Source: an uncultured Acidobacteriota bacterium
Lineage (GTDB): Bacteria; Acidobacteriota; Thermoanaerobaculia; UBA5066; DATFVB01
Direction: 5' to 3'
DNA length: 64,000 nucleotides
Assembly: GCA_963813155.1 (NCBI GenBank)
Contig: CAWEYG010000003.1
Location: forward strand, 544,001-608,000
Under the pieces are notes generated by a model. The model was not told the DNA's origin and ran no database searches. It worked only from the letters and a program-made list of their open reading frames with translations. Shown here one piece after another: positions 50,172-60,679 of the stretch (its first letter is position 1; each line of letters starts with the position of its first letter). Made by a program: the position numbers and the translations under genes.

Positions 50172-51190
50172 CGGACGGTCTCGACCGGGACCCCGGCGAC
50201 CACTTCCCCGACGGAAGTCCCGCGGGCGTTTTTAATGCGGGGCCGAACGTATTCGCCGAGCGCGGGCGGCGCTCCCCCGCCGAATTTCTCGACGAGGTGC
50301 ATCGCGACGGCGTAGCGAGCGCGACCGCCGCCGTCGTCGATCTTGAAAGCGATCCCGCGGGCGGGCGATTCCACGCCGATCGCGTAGACGCCCTCGGCGC
50401 CTTCCTTGCCGATCCACCGCCCCGCCCCCGCCTCGAGGAACCGGGTCGTGAACTGTCCGGTTCCCGAAATGAAGAACGGGCAACCGGTCATGGCGGCGAC
50501 CGCCGCGCGGCGGGCCGAGAAGGCCCCCGCGGACTCCAAGGAGAGCGGGTCCGGGCCGAGCAGCCGCGCGTACGCCGTCGCGAGGCGAGAGATCGGCAGC
50601 CGGAAAACGGGGAGCGAACAGCCGTCGACCCCGATTTCGATCTCCTCCTCGGGAAACATCGAGTAGAAGGCGATGCGCGCCCGAATCTCCCGCTGGAGCG
50701 GATGGTCCGGCGCGTCGTACGTCTTCGGGTCGAAACCGAACAACCGGCATGCCAGAAGCATCGCCGCGTGCTTGCCGGAACAGTTGTTGTGGAGCTGCGT
50801 GACGGGCTGGCCTGCCCGGACCAGCGCGGCGGCCGAAGCGTCGGAGTAGGGAGCGTGCACGCCGCATCGCAGGTCGGCTTCCGTGAAACCGCCCTTCTCC
50901 AGCATGGTTCGCGCGGTCTCCGCGTGGAGCGGCTCCCCGTCGTGCGACGCGCAGGCGAGCGCGATTTCGCTTTGCGACAGGGAGAAGGCCGCCGCCCCGC
51001 CGCCTTCGAGAAACGGCATCACCTGGAACGGCTTCGCCGCCGAGCGCCAGTAGACTGGAGTTTCGGCGTCTCCGAACTGCGCCACGACGTTTCCCTCGCG
51101 ATCCGCGACGGCGCCGAAACCTCGATGGATCGACTCGATGCGACCCGCCCGCGTCACGGTCGCGACGACCGGGTTCGCGGCGTCAGGCAC
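50168..51190 (-). CDS. Rhizobium etli-type L-asparaginase (Asparaginase_II family)
   Basis: RSAAKPFQ, ACASH, HNNCSGKHAAML, VDGCSLP, KEGAEGV. Confidence 0.88.
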   Translation of the reverse strand: MPDAANPVVATVTRAGRIESIHRGFGAVADREGNVVAQFGDAETPVYWRSAAKPFQVMPFLEGGGAAAFSLSQSEIALACASHDGEPLHAETARTMLEKGGFTEADLRCGVHAPYSDASAAALVRAGQPVTQLHNNCSGKHAAMLLACRLFGFDPKTYDAPDHPLQREIRARIAFYSMFPEEEIEIGVDGCSLPVFRLPISRLATAYARLLGPDPLSLESAGAFSARRAAVAAMTGCPFFISGTGQFTTRFLEAGAGRWIGKEGAEGVYAIGVESPARGIAFKIDDGGGRARYAVAMHLVEKFGGGAPPALGEYVRPRIKNARGTSVGEVVAGVPVETVR

Positions 51191-52050
51191 CGGCGTCCCC
51201 GAGAAGACGGATCTCCCGCTGGGGAAACGGCATCGGAACGCCGGCCGCGTCGAGAGCGCCCTTGACTCTCTCCAGATACTCGGCGCGCAGGGCGGCGCGC
51301 GCGGAGGGATCCCGGGCCCAGAGGTGAAGCTCCAGGTTGACGGCGGAGTCCGCCAGCTCGGAGACGATGACCGTCGGAGCCGGGCGCTCGAGCAGGCGGT
51401 CGTCTCCCCTTCGTCGTCTGGAGCAGCGCGAACCGCGCCTTGCGCAGGTCCGACGCGTAGGCCACGCCGACGGGAACGCGGACCCGCATCTTCGGCGTCC
51501 GGCTGTAATTCGTGATCCTCTTGTTGACGACGTCGCTGTTCGGAAGGATCACGTCGTTGCCGTCGGGCGTCTCGAGTTTCGTCGAGCGAAGCTCGATGTG
51601 CCGCACGAACCCGGGGGTGTCTCCGATCTCGACGTCGTCGCCCAGCTCGAAGGGACGGTCCCAGAGGATGATCAACCCGGAGATGAAGTTCGCCATCGTC
51701 TCTTTGGCCGCGAGGCCGACCGCGAGACCGGCGACGCCGAGGCCCGCCAGCATCGACACCACGTTGAAGCCGAGCTGGGCCGCCGCCATGAGGAGTCCGA
51801 GACCGAGAACGACGTACTTGACGAGCTTGAAGAGGATGTCGGCCGCGAGGAGATTCGCCCGCGCCTTCAGCGACCGGCTCAGAATCCCCCGGGCCGCGCG
51901 GTGAAGGCCCCAGAAGACGAGGAGGATCAGGACGGCGGCGACGAGCCTCGGCAGAAAGTCGGCAAGCTTGACGGCGAACGCCCGGATGAAAGCGTCGACC
52001 TTGTCGTCCCACTGCGAGACGGGCGCGAGAATTCCCCGGTCAACCTTCAA
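51183..52050 (-). CDS. mscS: MscS-family mechanosensitive channel with a +1 frameshift in a G run near 51407
   Basis: AGLGVAGLAVGLA, ANFISG, RPFELGD, LPNS; shifted C-terminus LADSAVNLEL...PFPQRE. Confidence 0.85.
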
Positions 52051-52147
52051 GGGACGCGATTATACGGGAGCAATATCTTTCACGGATGGAAAGAAATAAA
52101 CTGAAATCCGGGCTTGTTGGAGAAACCGAGTTGAGGAGAGGTGTGAT

Positions 52148-52645
52148 GTGGGAAGGAAACTGAGGGTCGTTCTCGGCGCTCTCGCGCTGTCCCTTGCCGC
52201 CGGCGCTTTCGCCGCGGAGACCTTCCCCGACCTGGACCTCCAGGGCAAGGACGGCGAGGGCATCCGGCTCTCGCAGCTGCGCGGCAACGTCGTCTTCCTG
52301 AACTTCTGGGCGACCTGGTGCGGGCCGTGCCGCATGGAGCTTCCCCTCCTGCAGGACCTCTACAACAGGTACAGCGACCGCAATTTCACCGTTCTCGCGA
52401 TCGACGTGGACAGCGACCGAAGCCGGGTGGATCCCTTCCTCAAGAAGAACAACCTCTCTCTTCCAATCTACTTCGCGAGCCCCCTCGACGCGTCGACGAT
52501 GACGGCCAACGGGATTCCGACGAGCATCATCCTCAAGCCGTCGGGTGAAGTGGAGAAGGCGTTCATCGGGTTCGATCCCGAGATCGAAAAGCAATGGATC
52601 GAGCACATCGAAAAATATCTGAAGAAAAAGAGGACGGGAAAATGA
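52148..52645 (+). CDS. TlpA/ResA-like thiol-disulfide oxidoreductase
   Basis: Signal peptide; LNFWATWCGPCRMELP; GIPTS. Confidence 0.9.
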   Translation: MGRKLRVVLGALALSLAAGAFAAETFPDLDLQGKDGEGIRLSQLRGNVVFLNFWATWCGPCRMELPLLQDLYNRYSDRNFTVLAIDVDSDRSRVDPFLKKNNLSLPIYFASPLDASTMTANGIPTSIILKPSGEVEKAFIGFDPEIEKQWIEHIEKYLKKKRTGK

Positions 52646-53295
52646 GCATGAGAACGAAACTCCTGACACTCGCCCTCCTCGCCCTCGCGCCGATTTTCAC
52701 GGCGGGCCGGGCGGAGGCGCAAATCCGGACGAACACCGTGGAGATCAACCCCTTCTTCGGCCGATTCTTCGGCGGCGAATTCGCGCGGGGCTCGAACTCC
52801 CTGTTCAACGAGAAAGTCGACGTCGACGACGCGAACACCTGGGGCCTGCGGGTCGGGTACAACGCGACCGAGATGTTCGAGTTCGAAATCCAGGGTTCGC
52901 GCACCGATACCCACTTTATTTCGCACGAATCCGGCGACGTCTTCGGTTCCGGCGGCGAGCGCCTCGGCGACCTGAGGGTCGACTACCTGCTCGGGTACGG
53001 GACCTTCAACTTCGGGCACCGCCGCGTGCTGCCCTACGTCACGATCGGCGCGGGAGTCGGCAGGCTCCAACCGTCCGACACGGCGCTCCCGGCCCACGAC
53101 AGCACGCGTTTCACGGGCAGCCTCGGCGCCGGCCTCAAGTTCTTCGCGACCCCCCACTTCGGATTCCGGATCGACGGCCGCGGATACAGCACCTACCTCA
53201 ATCGCGACGACACGTGCCGGCACGACGACCGCTGCGACGACCGCCACTACCTGACCAATGGAGAGGTCTCCGGAGGCCTGATTCTTTCGTTCTGA
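52642..53295 (+). CDS. Outer membrane beta-barrel protein (OmpA-like membrane domain)
   Basis: Signal peptide, alternating beta strands, PYVTIGAG, C-terminal Phe. Confidence 0.8.
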   Translation: MSMRTKLLTLALLALAPIFTAGRAEAQIRTNTVEINPFFGRFFGGEFARGSNSLFNEKVDVDDANTWGLRVGYNATEMFEFEIQGSRTDTHFISHESGDVFGSGGERLGDLRVDYLLGYGTFNFGHRRVLPYVTIGAGVGRLQPSDTALPAHDSTRFTGSLGAGLKFFATPHFGFRIDGRGYSTYLNRDDTCRHDDRCDDRHYLTNGEVSGGLILSF

Positions 53296-53330
53296 TCCGG
53301 CGGAACGGATAGAATGCCGGCGGAGAGCAA

Positions 53331-55018
53331 TTGAAAAACGCAAAGATTTTCTTCGGGCTTCTCCTCCTGTCGGCCTCCGCACGGGCCCAGAAAAACCCGC
53401 GACGAAGCCGGGAGAGCTCGCGCCCCTGTCGGAGAACGTGACGGTCGCGGTCACGAACCTCGAAGTCGTCGTCACCGATTCGAAGGGAAACCGCGCGCCC
53501 GGCCTGAAGAAAGAGGACTTCCAGCTGTTCGAGGACAGCGTCCCGCAGCCGCTCACGAACTTCTACGCGGTCTCCGGCGGCCGGACGATCCTGTCCGACG
53601 GCAGCGAGGTCTCCCTTTCCCAGGAGTCCACCAAACCGTCCGAGGAAATCCCCTCGAACCTGAAGACGAAATACATCATCTACGTCGACAACCTCAACAT
53701 CCACCCCCTCCACCGGACCCGGATCTTCAAGACCGTCCTGTCCTTCGTGGACAAGGCGATCGGGCCGAACGCCGAGGGAATGGTCGTGACCTTCAACCGA
53801 TCGCTCAAGGTGCGCCAGAAATTCACTTCCGACAAGGGAATCGTGACGGGCGCGCTCGAGTCGATCATGGGGGACTCCGGCGGAGGCACGACGCTCGTGT
53901 CGGATCGCATGGACGCGCTTCAGAAGATCCAGGACGCGAAGTCTCCGGGCGAGGCGATCGAGATGGCGAAGATGTCGGCCCGCTCCATGGACGACGACCT
54001 GCGCTACACGATCGACGGCCTCAAGAACACGCTGAGTTTGCTCGCGGGGGTCGAAGGACGAAAGGTCCTCATCTACATCTCCGACGGCCTGCCGCAGACC
54101 GTCGGAGAGGAGCTGTTCGACACGATTCAGACGAGGTTCCAGACGTCCGCCGCGGCGATGGAGAGCTTCACCTTCGACCGCACGGCCTCCTATGCCACGA
54201 TCGTGCGCGAAGCCAACGCCCAGGGGGTGACGCTCTACATGATCGACGCCTCGGGGCTGAAGATCGAGGAAGGCGTCAGCGCGGAATACGGCACGGCGCA
54301 GGCCCGTCCCTCGGGGTTCGTGCTCCAGCAGAACTACCAGGCCCCGCTCCAGATGCTCGCCCGGGAGACCGGCGGCATCGCGGCGGTCAACACGAACAAC
54401 GCGGAACACGAATTCGACGAGATCGCGCGCGATTTCTCCGACTTCTACTCGCTCGGCTACCGGTCGACCCGGGGCGCGGTCGACCGCCCCCATTCTCTCG
54501 AAGTGAAGATCCTGAATCACCCCGGCCTCAAGGCGCGCTACCGCTCGGGATACCTCGAGAAGACGGTCGAGACCCGGACCGCGGAATCCGTCACCGCCGC
54601 GCTTTACTACCCGCGAACCGACAACCCGCTGCAGTTCGCGGTTTCCGTGGGCGACCCGAAGCCGTACTCCACCGAGAACTACCTGGTTCCGGTGCGGATG
54701 TCGATTCCGCTGCAGAACGTCACCCTGATTCCCGAGGGCGAGTCCTACCGCGGCCGCCTGTACGTCTATTTCGTCGTGCTCGATTCCCAGGGCCAGCAGT
54801 CGGATCTTCAGATCCGGCCGCTCGAAATCAAGGTCGAAGGCAAGAAGTACGAATCGGCGCGAAAGAAAGACTACGGCTACGACGTGCAGCTGATCATGAT
54901 CCCGGGCGCGCAAAAGCTCTCCGTCGCCGTCCGCGACGGCGTTTCGAATTCCGTCTCTTACTCCCAGAAGGGAGTCTTCGTCTCCGTTCTCCCCGTCGAG
55001 AAGAAAAAGAGCTCGTGA
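53331..55018 (+). CDS. VWA-domain protein (acidobacterial VWFA-like); signal peptide out of frame because of a 1-nt deletion near 53392
   Basis: VVVTDSKGNRAPGLKKEDF, GRKVLIYISDG, LARETGG, YSLGY; upstream TTG gives MKNAKIFFGLLLLSASARAQ. Confidence 0.8.
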
Positions 55019-55031
55019 GCCGGATCCCGAG

Positions 55032-55736
55032 TTGAAGCCGACCGCGCTCGTTCTTTTCGGCAAGGTCCCGTTGCCGGGGAGAGTCAAGACGCGGCTCGCC
55101 GGCTCGATCGGCCCCGAAAACGCGGCGCTCCTCTCCGAATCGTTCCTCCGCGACGCCTCCCGCGGCTGCGCTTCTCTCGCGGCGGGCCGCTCCCCGGGAG
55201 AGTTCGCGCCCGTCCTCGCCGCGGAACCCCCGCGTCACCCTTTCTGGGCCGGCGCGTTCCCCGCTCCCTGGCGCATCGAGCCGCAGGGAGAAGGCGATCT
55301 CGGGCGGCGTCTCGCGAGAGCGTTCGAACGCGAATTCGAGAGGTACGAGAGGGTCGCCGTTCTCGGCTCCGACCACCCGGCCCTGCCGCTGGCCGAGCTC
55401 GGCCGTTTTCTCGATTCCCCGAGCGCGATCTGGCCGACGCGCGACGGCGGGTACGCCGCCCTGATCCTGGAGAGAAGCCCGGGCGTCGCCGGCCTCTTCG
55501 AGAACGTGGAATGGTCGACACCGTCCGTGCTCGAGCAGACGCTCGAGCGGGCGCGGCGGAATTCGATCGAGCTGGAGATTTTTCCCGAGACCTACGACAT
55601 CGATCGCGAAGCCGACCTCGAAACGCTGGCCCGGGACCTCGAGGAGCGCGATCCGGCAGAGCCCGGATTCCCGCGGGCGACGTGGGAGGCGCTCGGCGCG
55701 CTTCGGCCGCGAAGAGCCGGCGCTCGCGCGACGTGA
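55032..55736 (+). CDS. DUF2064 (TIGR04282-like) glycosyltransferase
   Basis: PGRVKTRLA, QGEGDLGRRL, GSDHP, DGGY, WSTPSVL, YDID. Confidence 0.85.
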   Translation: MKPTALVLFGKVPLPGRVKTRLAGSIGPENAALLSESFLRDASRGCASLAAGRSPGEFAPVLAAEPPRHPFWAGAFPAPWRIEPQGEGDLGRRLARAFEREFERYERVAVLGSDHPALPLAELGRFLDSPSAIWPTRDGGYAALILERSPGVAGLFENVEWSTPSVLEQTLERARRNSIELEIFPETYDIDREADLETLARDLEERDPAEPGFPRATWEALGALRPRRAGARAT

Positions 55737-57269
55737 GAATCCTCACTTCGGCCGAAATGTCCGCCGTCGACCGGGCGGCCCAGAAGAGGGAGAAGATTCC
55801 CTCGCTGCTCCTCATGGAGCGGGCCGCCGAGGGAGTGGCGGATCTGGTTCGGGCCCGCTTTCCCGGCTCGAAACGAATTGCCGTCGTGTGCGGGCCCGGG
55901 AACAACGGAGGGGACGGCCTTGCCGTCGCCCGCCTGCTCGCGGGGTCCCGGGTCTCCCCGAGAATCTTTCTCCTCGGGGCCGCCGGACGCCTTCGGGGCG
56001 ACCCGGCACGGAACCTCTCCCGGGCGGAAGCGGCGGGCCTCGTTCCGGTGGACCTGACGTCGAAGCCGGGCTGGAACGATTTTCGCTCTGCGGTGTCTTC
56101 CATGGACGTGATCGTGGACGCTCTCTTCGGAACCGGGCTCTCCCGCCCCCTGACCGGCGTCGCGCGGAGGACCGTCGAGGCGATCAACGCCTCCGCGCGG
56201 CCCGTCGTCGCGGTCGACGTCCCGTCGGGGCTCTCCGGGGATTCCGGGAATCCTCCCGGGCCGGCGGTCCGGGCCGACTGGACGGCGGCGATCGCGGCCC
56301 TGAAGCGCTGCCACGTGCTCTTCCCCGCGCGGAGCCGCTGCGGCGAAATCGCGATCGTCGACATCGGCATCCCGGACGAGCTGATCGAGACGAAAGGGCA
56401 CCGCTTTGCGGTCGTTTCGGAGGAGGCCATCGCCCCGCTCTTCGCGAAGCGAGCCGAAGACGCGAACAAGGGGAATTTCGGGCACGTCGCCGTCGTCGCG
56501 GGAAGCCGGGGAAAGTCCGGAGCGGCGCTCCTCTGCGCCCTCGGGGCGCTGCGCGCCGGAGCGGGCCTCGTGACGATCGCGTGCCCCGAGTCGGTCGAGC
56601 CGCGGTTCGCCTCCGCCCTGCCCGAGGCGATGACGCTGCCGCTTCCCGAGGAGTCGGGCGCCCTCTCGGCCCGCGCCGAGGCGCCGCTCCTCGCCTTCCT
56701 GGAGAAGTGCGACGCGGCGGCCGTCGGGCCGGGGCTCGGGACGGCGGCCGGGACGGTCCGCCTCCTCTCGTCCGTGGTGACTCGAGCCCGGATTCCGATT
56801 CTGTTCGACGCCGACGCCCTGAACGCCTTTTCGGGACGGCCCGAGGTCTTTCGCCGCCGAAAGGCCGCGACGATCCTGACTCCGCATCCCGGAGAGGCCG
56901 CCCGCCTCCTTTCGAAATCGACCTCGGAGATTCAGCGATCCCGTCCGGAGAGCGCCGCCGAGCTGGCCCGGCGGTCGGGCTCGGTCGCCGTTCTCAAGGG
57001 CGCGGGCTCTCTCACGGCCGACCGCGTCCGGGAGAGTCTGGTGGAACCCCACGGGCACGCCGGCGCTCGCCGCCGGGGGCTCGGGCGACGTCCTGTCCGG
57101 CATCGGGGCTTCGCTGCTCGCCCAGGGCTTCGAAGCCGACGATGCGGCCGTGGCCGCGGTCTTCGTGCACGGCCTCGCGGGCGAGCGCGCGGCGGCCGGC
57201 GCGGACCGGGGAATCCTTGCATCCGAAGTCGCGGCGGCAATTCCCCGCGTCCTGGAATCGTTCGGATAG
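55733..57269 (+). CDS. nnr: Bifunctional NAD(P)H-hydrate epimerase/dehydratase with a +1 frameshift near 57025
   Basis: LMERAA, GPGNNGGDG, DALFGTG, GPGLG, DADAL, TPHPGE; shifted NPTGTPALAAGGSGDVL. Confidence 0.9.
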
Positions 57270-57284
57270 ACTGCCGGAAAATCG

Positions 57285-57728
57285 ATGGAATTCCCGCTTG
57301 AAGTCGAATCGACCCGCGAGGATCAGACCCGGAGCATCGGAAGGCTCCTGGCGTCCGAGCTGCGCGAAAACGACGTCGTGGCCCTCTCGGGCGAGCTCGG
57401 AGCGGGCAAAACGGTCTTCGTTCGAGGGCTCGCCGAGGGGCTCGGGGCCGATCCCGTGGATGTCGCCTCGCCGACGTTCGCCCTGTTGCACGAATACGAG
57501 TGCCGCGCCGGAACTCCCTCGCTCGTCCACCTCGACCTCTACCGCCTTCCGGATCGCGAGGAAGAGCTTCGCGAGATCGGCCTGCCCGAGGTCGTTTCGG
57601 GAAAGATCACGGCAGTGGAGTGGCCGAATTCCTCGAGCGAAGCGATCCTCCGCGTCCGATACCGCGTTCGACTCGAATCGGGGCCGGGCGACTCGAGGCG
57701 GATCCGCCTCGAACGGGGACCGCAATAA
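57285..57728 (+). CDS. tsaE: t6A biosynthesis ATPase TsaE
   Basis: GELGAGKT, SPTFALLHEY, HLDLYRL, VEWP. Confidence 0.94.
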   Translation: MEFPLEVESTREDQTRSIGRLLASELRENDVVALSGELGAGKTVFVRGLAEGLGADPVDVASPTFALLHEYECRAGTPSLVHLDLYRLPDREEELREIGLPEVVSGKITAVEWPNSSSEAILRVRYRVRLESGPGDSRRIRLERGPQ

Positions 57729-57730
57729 TT

Positions 57731-58312
57731 ATGGCAGGCCTGCGGCGATCGTTTCTGGCCGGAATCCTGACTCTGGTCCCGCTGATCGTCACGTTCTGGG
57801 TGTTTCGCTTTCTGTTCAACTTCTTCGATGGATTGCTCGCCCCCCTGGCCGACCGGACTTTCGAGCGGCACGTGCCGGGGCTGGGGCTGGTCTTCTCCCT
57901 GTTGCTGGTCCTGTCGGTCGGAGCGATCGCTTCGAACATGGTTGGCAAAAAAATTCTTGCTTACGTCTCGAAAATTCTGGAGAATACGCCGCTGGTCAAG
58001 ACTGTTTATTCCGCGGCGAAGCAGATGGTTTCGGCGCTCTCCCCGGCCGGCGGGGGGTTGAAAAGGGTGGTCCTGATTGAGTATCCCCGAAAGGGGATCT
58101 ACTCAATAGGATTCTTGACTTCCCGGGCCGGGTGGCACATTCCTGCCGGCCAGGGACGAAAGTGGGTGTCGGTCCTCATTCCGGCCGCGCTCAACCCCAC
58201 CAGCGGAATGGTGGTGGTCGTACCGGAGGAGGAATTGCTGGACCCTGGCTTCTCGGTCGAAGAAGGCGTTAAACTAGTGGTTTCCGGGGGCTTCGTCGCC
58301 CCGGAGCCGTAG
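57731..58312 (+). CDS. DUF502 membrane protein
   Basis: FLAGILTLVPLIVT, PLVKTVY, VVLIEYPRKG, NPTSG, VVSGG. Confidence 0.88.
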   Translation: MAGLRRSFLAGILTLVPLIVTFWVFRFLFNFFDGLLAPLADRTFERHVPGLGLVFSLLLVLSVGAIASNMVGKKILAYVSKILENTPLVKTVYSAAKQMVSALSPAGGGLKRVVLIEYPRKGIYSIGFLTSRAGWHIPAGQGRKWVSVLIPAALNPTSGMVVVVPEEELLDPGFSVEEGVKLVVSGGFVAPEP

Positions 58313-58331
58313 CAGCAGGAGCGAGTCGCGA

Positions 58332-59201
58332 ATGAAATTCAACTCAGCGAAGAGTCGGTGGGCCGGAAAGTCGCTTCTCTCGTCGGTTCTCCTCGCCTCC
58401 CTCCTGGCCTCGGCCGGATGCAACAAGTTCCAGTCGCGCGCGGAAATCCGCCAGGGCAACGAGTTCTTCCGGGTCGGCCGGTACGACACGGCTCTCGCGA
58501 AGTACAACACGGCCCTTCAGCTCGATCCGGGCGAAAAGAAGCTCTACAAGAACATCGGCCTCGCCTACATGGGTCTGTACCAGCCGGGCTCGAAGCACCC
58601 GAAGGACCTGGAATACTCGCAGCGGGCGATCGACTTCCTGAAGAAGTACGTCGACGCGTTCCCGAAGGACAAGAAGGCTCCGGAATTCCTCGTCACCATG
58701 TACCTCAATTCGGGCCGGCTCGACGACGCGCTCGGTTTCTTCCAGGACTACAGCCAGAAGCATCCCCAGGACACGAAGGCGATGGAGACGATGGCGAACC
58801 TGTACTTCCAGAAAGCCGATTTTCCCCACGGCGTCGAGATGATGGAAAACGCCATGAAGATCACCGGGCCGAAGAAGGAAACCTACGAGACGATCGGCGC
58901 GCAGGCGTGGGACAAGGCTCACAACTATCCGGATCTGACCGACGAGCAGCGGCAGGCGGTCGTGACGCAGGGGATCGAGGCGATGAACAAATCGCTCGCG
59001 ATGGACCCGAACTACACGGAAGCCCTCGCGTTCATCAACCTCCTGTACCGGGAACAGGCGAAGATCGACCAGAAGACCGATCCGAAGAAGGCCGAGGAAG
59101 ACCTTGCGAAGGCGGACGAGTACCGCAACAAGGCGATTGAGCTCCAGAAGCAGAAGCAATCTCAGGCCACAGCGGAAAAACAGGCGGGCGTGGGGAAATA
59201 G
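58332..59201 (+). CDS. TPR-repeat lipoprotein
   Basis: Lipobox SAGC; TPR-like helices (GNEFFRVGRYDTALAKY, LAMDPNYTEAL). Confidence 0.8.
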   Translation: MKFNSAKSRWAGKSLLSSVLLASLLASAGCNKFQSRAEIRQGNEFFRVGRYDTALAKYNTALQLDPGEKKLYKNIGLAYMGLYQPGSKHPKDLEYSQRAIDFLKKYVDAFPKDKKAPEFLVTMYLNSGRLDDALGFFQDYSQKHPQDTKAMETMANLYFQKADFPHGVEMMENAMKITGPKKETYETIGAQAWDKAHNYPDLTDEQRQAVVTQGIEAMNKSLAMDPNYTEALAFINLLYREQAKIDQKTDPKKAEEDLAKADEYRNKAIELQKQKQSQATAEKQAGVGK

Positions 59202-59203
59202 CG

Positions 59204-59932
59204 ATGTTTGAAAAGCAGCTGATCGAATCCGTCCATCGAAAGGGCACCGGCAAGAAGCCCCTGACCTTCGTGATTTCCCTGATCGTGCACGGCCTCGTCA
59301 TCGGATCGCTGGTTGCCGCATCGCTCTGGTTCGTCGAGGAAGTCCCGGAACCGCCGATTCCGATTCAGTTCTATGCGGCGGCTCCCCCGCCTCCTCCTCC
59401 CCCGCCGCCGGCCGCGAAGGCCGCCCCTCAGAAGACTCCGCCGAAAGTGACCCCCGTGAAACCGACCCAGGTCACGGCGCCGACGGTCATCCCCGACATC
59501 ATTCCGCTGCCCCTGCCGAAACCCGAGCCGGAGGCTCCGCCGTCGGAAGGCGTGGAGGGCGGCGTGGAGGGCGGCGTGCCGGGCGGAGTCGTCGGCGGCG
59601 TCATTGGCGGCGTCAAAGGGGGAACGGGGAGCGATCTCGGCGCGCCGCTCCGGATCGGCGGCGACGTGAAAGCCCCCATCCTGAAGGAGCGCATCGAGCC
59701 GGTCTATCCGGAAGCCGCCCGGAAAGCTCGCATGCAGGGCGTCGTCATCCTGGAGGCGATCATCACGGCGGACGGAAACGTCGCGGACGTGAAGGTCCTG
59801 AAATCGATCAACCCGCTCCTGGATTCCGCCGCCGAACGGGCGGTTTCCCGATGGCTGTACAGGCCGGCGACCTTGAACGGCCGGGCGGTCTCGGTTTATC
59901 TCACCGTGACGGTCAACTTCCAACTGCATTGA
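59204..59932 (+). CDS. tonB: Energy transducer TonB
   Basis: TM with SLIVH motif, Pro-rich linker, YPEAARKARMQGVVILEAII. Confidence 0.9.
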   Translation: MFEKQLIESVHRKGTGKKPLTFVISLIVHGLVIGSLVAASLWFVEEVPEPPIPIQFYAAAPPPPPPPPPAAKAAPQKTPPKVTPVKPTQVTAPTVIPDIIPLPLPKPEPEAPPSEGVEGGVEGGVPGGVVGGVIGGVKGGTGSDLGAPLRIGGDVKAPILKERIEPVYPEAARKARMQGVVILEAIITADGNVADVKVLKSINPLLDSAAERAVSRWLYRPATLNGRAVSVYLTVTVNFQLH

Positions 59933-59978
59933 CCTTTGCGCGTTTGAACTTAATAAGGATGAGGAGGAATTAGCAATC

Positions 59979-60656
59979 ATGTTGGAAATTTGGAACTCAA
60001 TGAGCTGGATTGCCCGGTCCGTGGTCATCATTCTCGCCCTGCTTTCCGTCTACTCCATCACCGTCATGATCGAGCGGCTGGTCACCTTTGCGAAGGCGAA
60101 AAAACAGTCCCTCCTCTTCGCCCGCCAGGTCACGGCGTTCCTGAAGCAGGACAACATCGCCGGCGCGATCGCGGAATCCAAGAAATACAAGGACAGCCAC
60201 CTCGCGCGCGTCGTCTCGGCGGGACTCTACGAGTTCCAGTACGAGGTTCAGTCCGGAGCGCTGGACGCCCCCGGCCACGACATGGTCGAAGCGGCCAAGC
60301 GGGCCGTCGAGCGGGAAGCTCTCATGGTCACGGCGGACTTCAAGCGCGGAATCGGCGGCCTCGCGACGATCGCGACGACCGCGCCTTTCATCGGACTGTT
60401 CGGAACGGTCATCGGCATCATTCACTCCTTCGAGGGCATCTCGAAGGGCGGCGGCGGCAACCTCGCGAGCGTCTCCGGAGGTATCGCCGAAGCGCTCTGG
60501 ACGACCGCGGCGGGTCTGTTCGTGGCCATCCCGGCCGTCTGGATGTTCAACTTCTTCATGAACAAGATCGAGCGTTTCCAGGTGGAAATGTCGAACTCGG
60601 CTTCTGAATTGCTCGATTACTTCGTCAAGCGGAAGGGCGCCGCCCGGGCGTCCTGA
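59979..60656 (+). CDS. exbB: MotA/TolQ/ExbB proton channel protein
   Basis: APFIGLFGTVIGII, GIAEALWTTAAGLFVAIPA. Confidence 0.9.
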   Translation: MLEIWNSMSWIARSVVIILALLSVYSITVMIERLVTFAKAKKQSLLFARQVTAFLKQDNIAGAIAESKKYKDSHLARVVSAGLYEFQYEVQSGALDAPGHDMVEAAKRAVEREALMVTADFKRGIGGLATIATTAPFIGLFGTVIGIIHSFEGISKGGGGNLASVSGGIAEALWTTAAGLFVAIPAVWMFNFFMNKIERFQVEMSNSASELLDYFVKRKGAARAS

Positions 60657-60679
60657 TCGCGAGTCCAAGGGAGGTCGAA

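Noticed and set aside
55032-55736. Arsenosugar biosynthesis cluster suggested by the DUF2064 glycosyltransferase
   Set aside because: No radical SAM, arsenite methyltransferase or partner glycosyltransferase is adjacent; neighbours are nnr and tsaE.
59548-59620. Tandem GGCGTGGAG-like repeats
   Set aside because: They encode the GVEG/GVxG low-complexity linker common in TonB proteins, not an independent DNA repeat.
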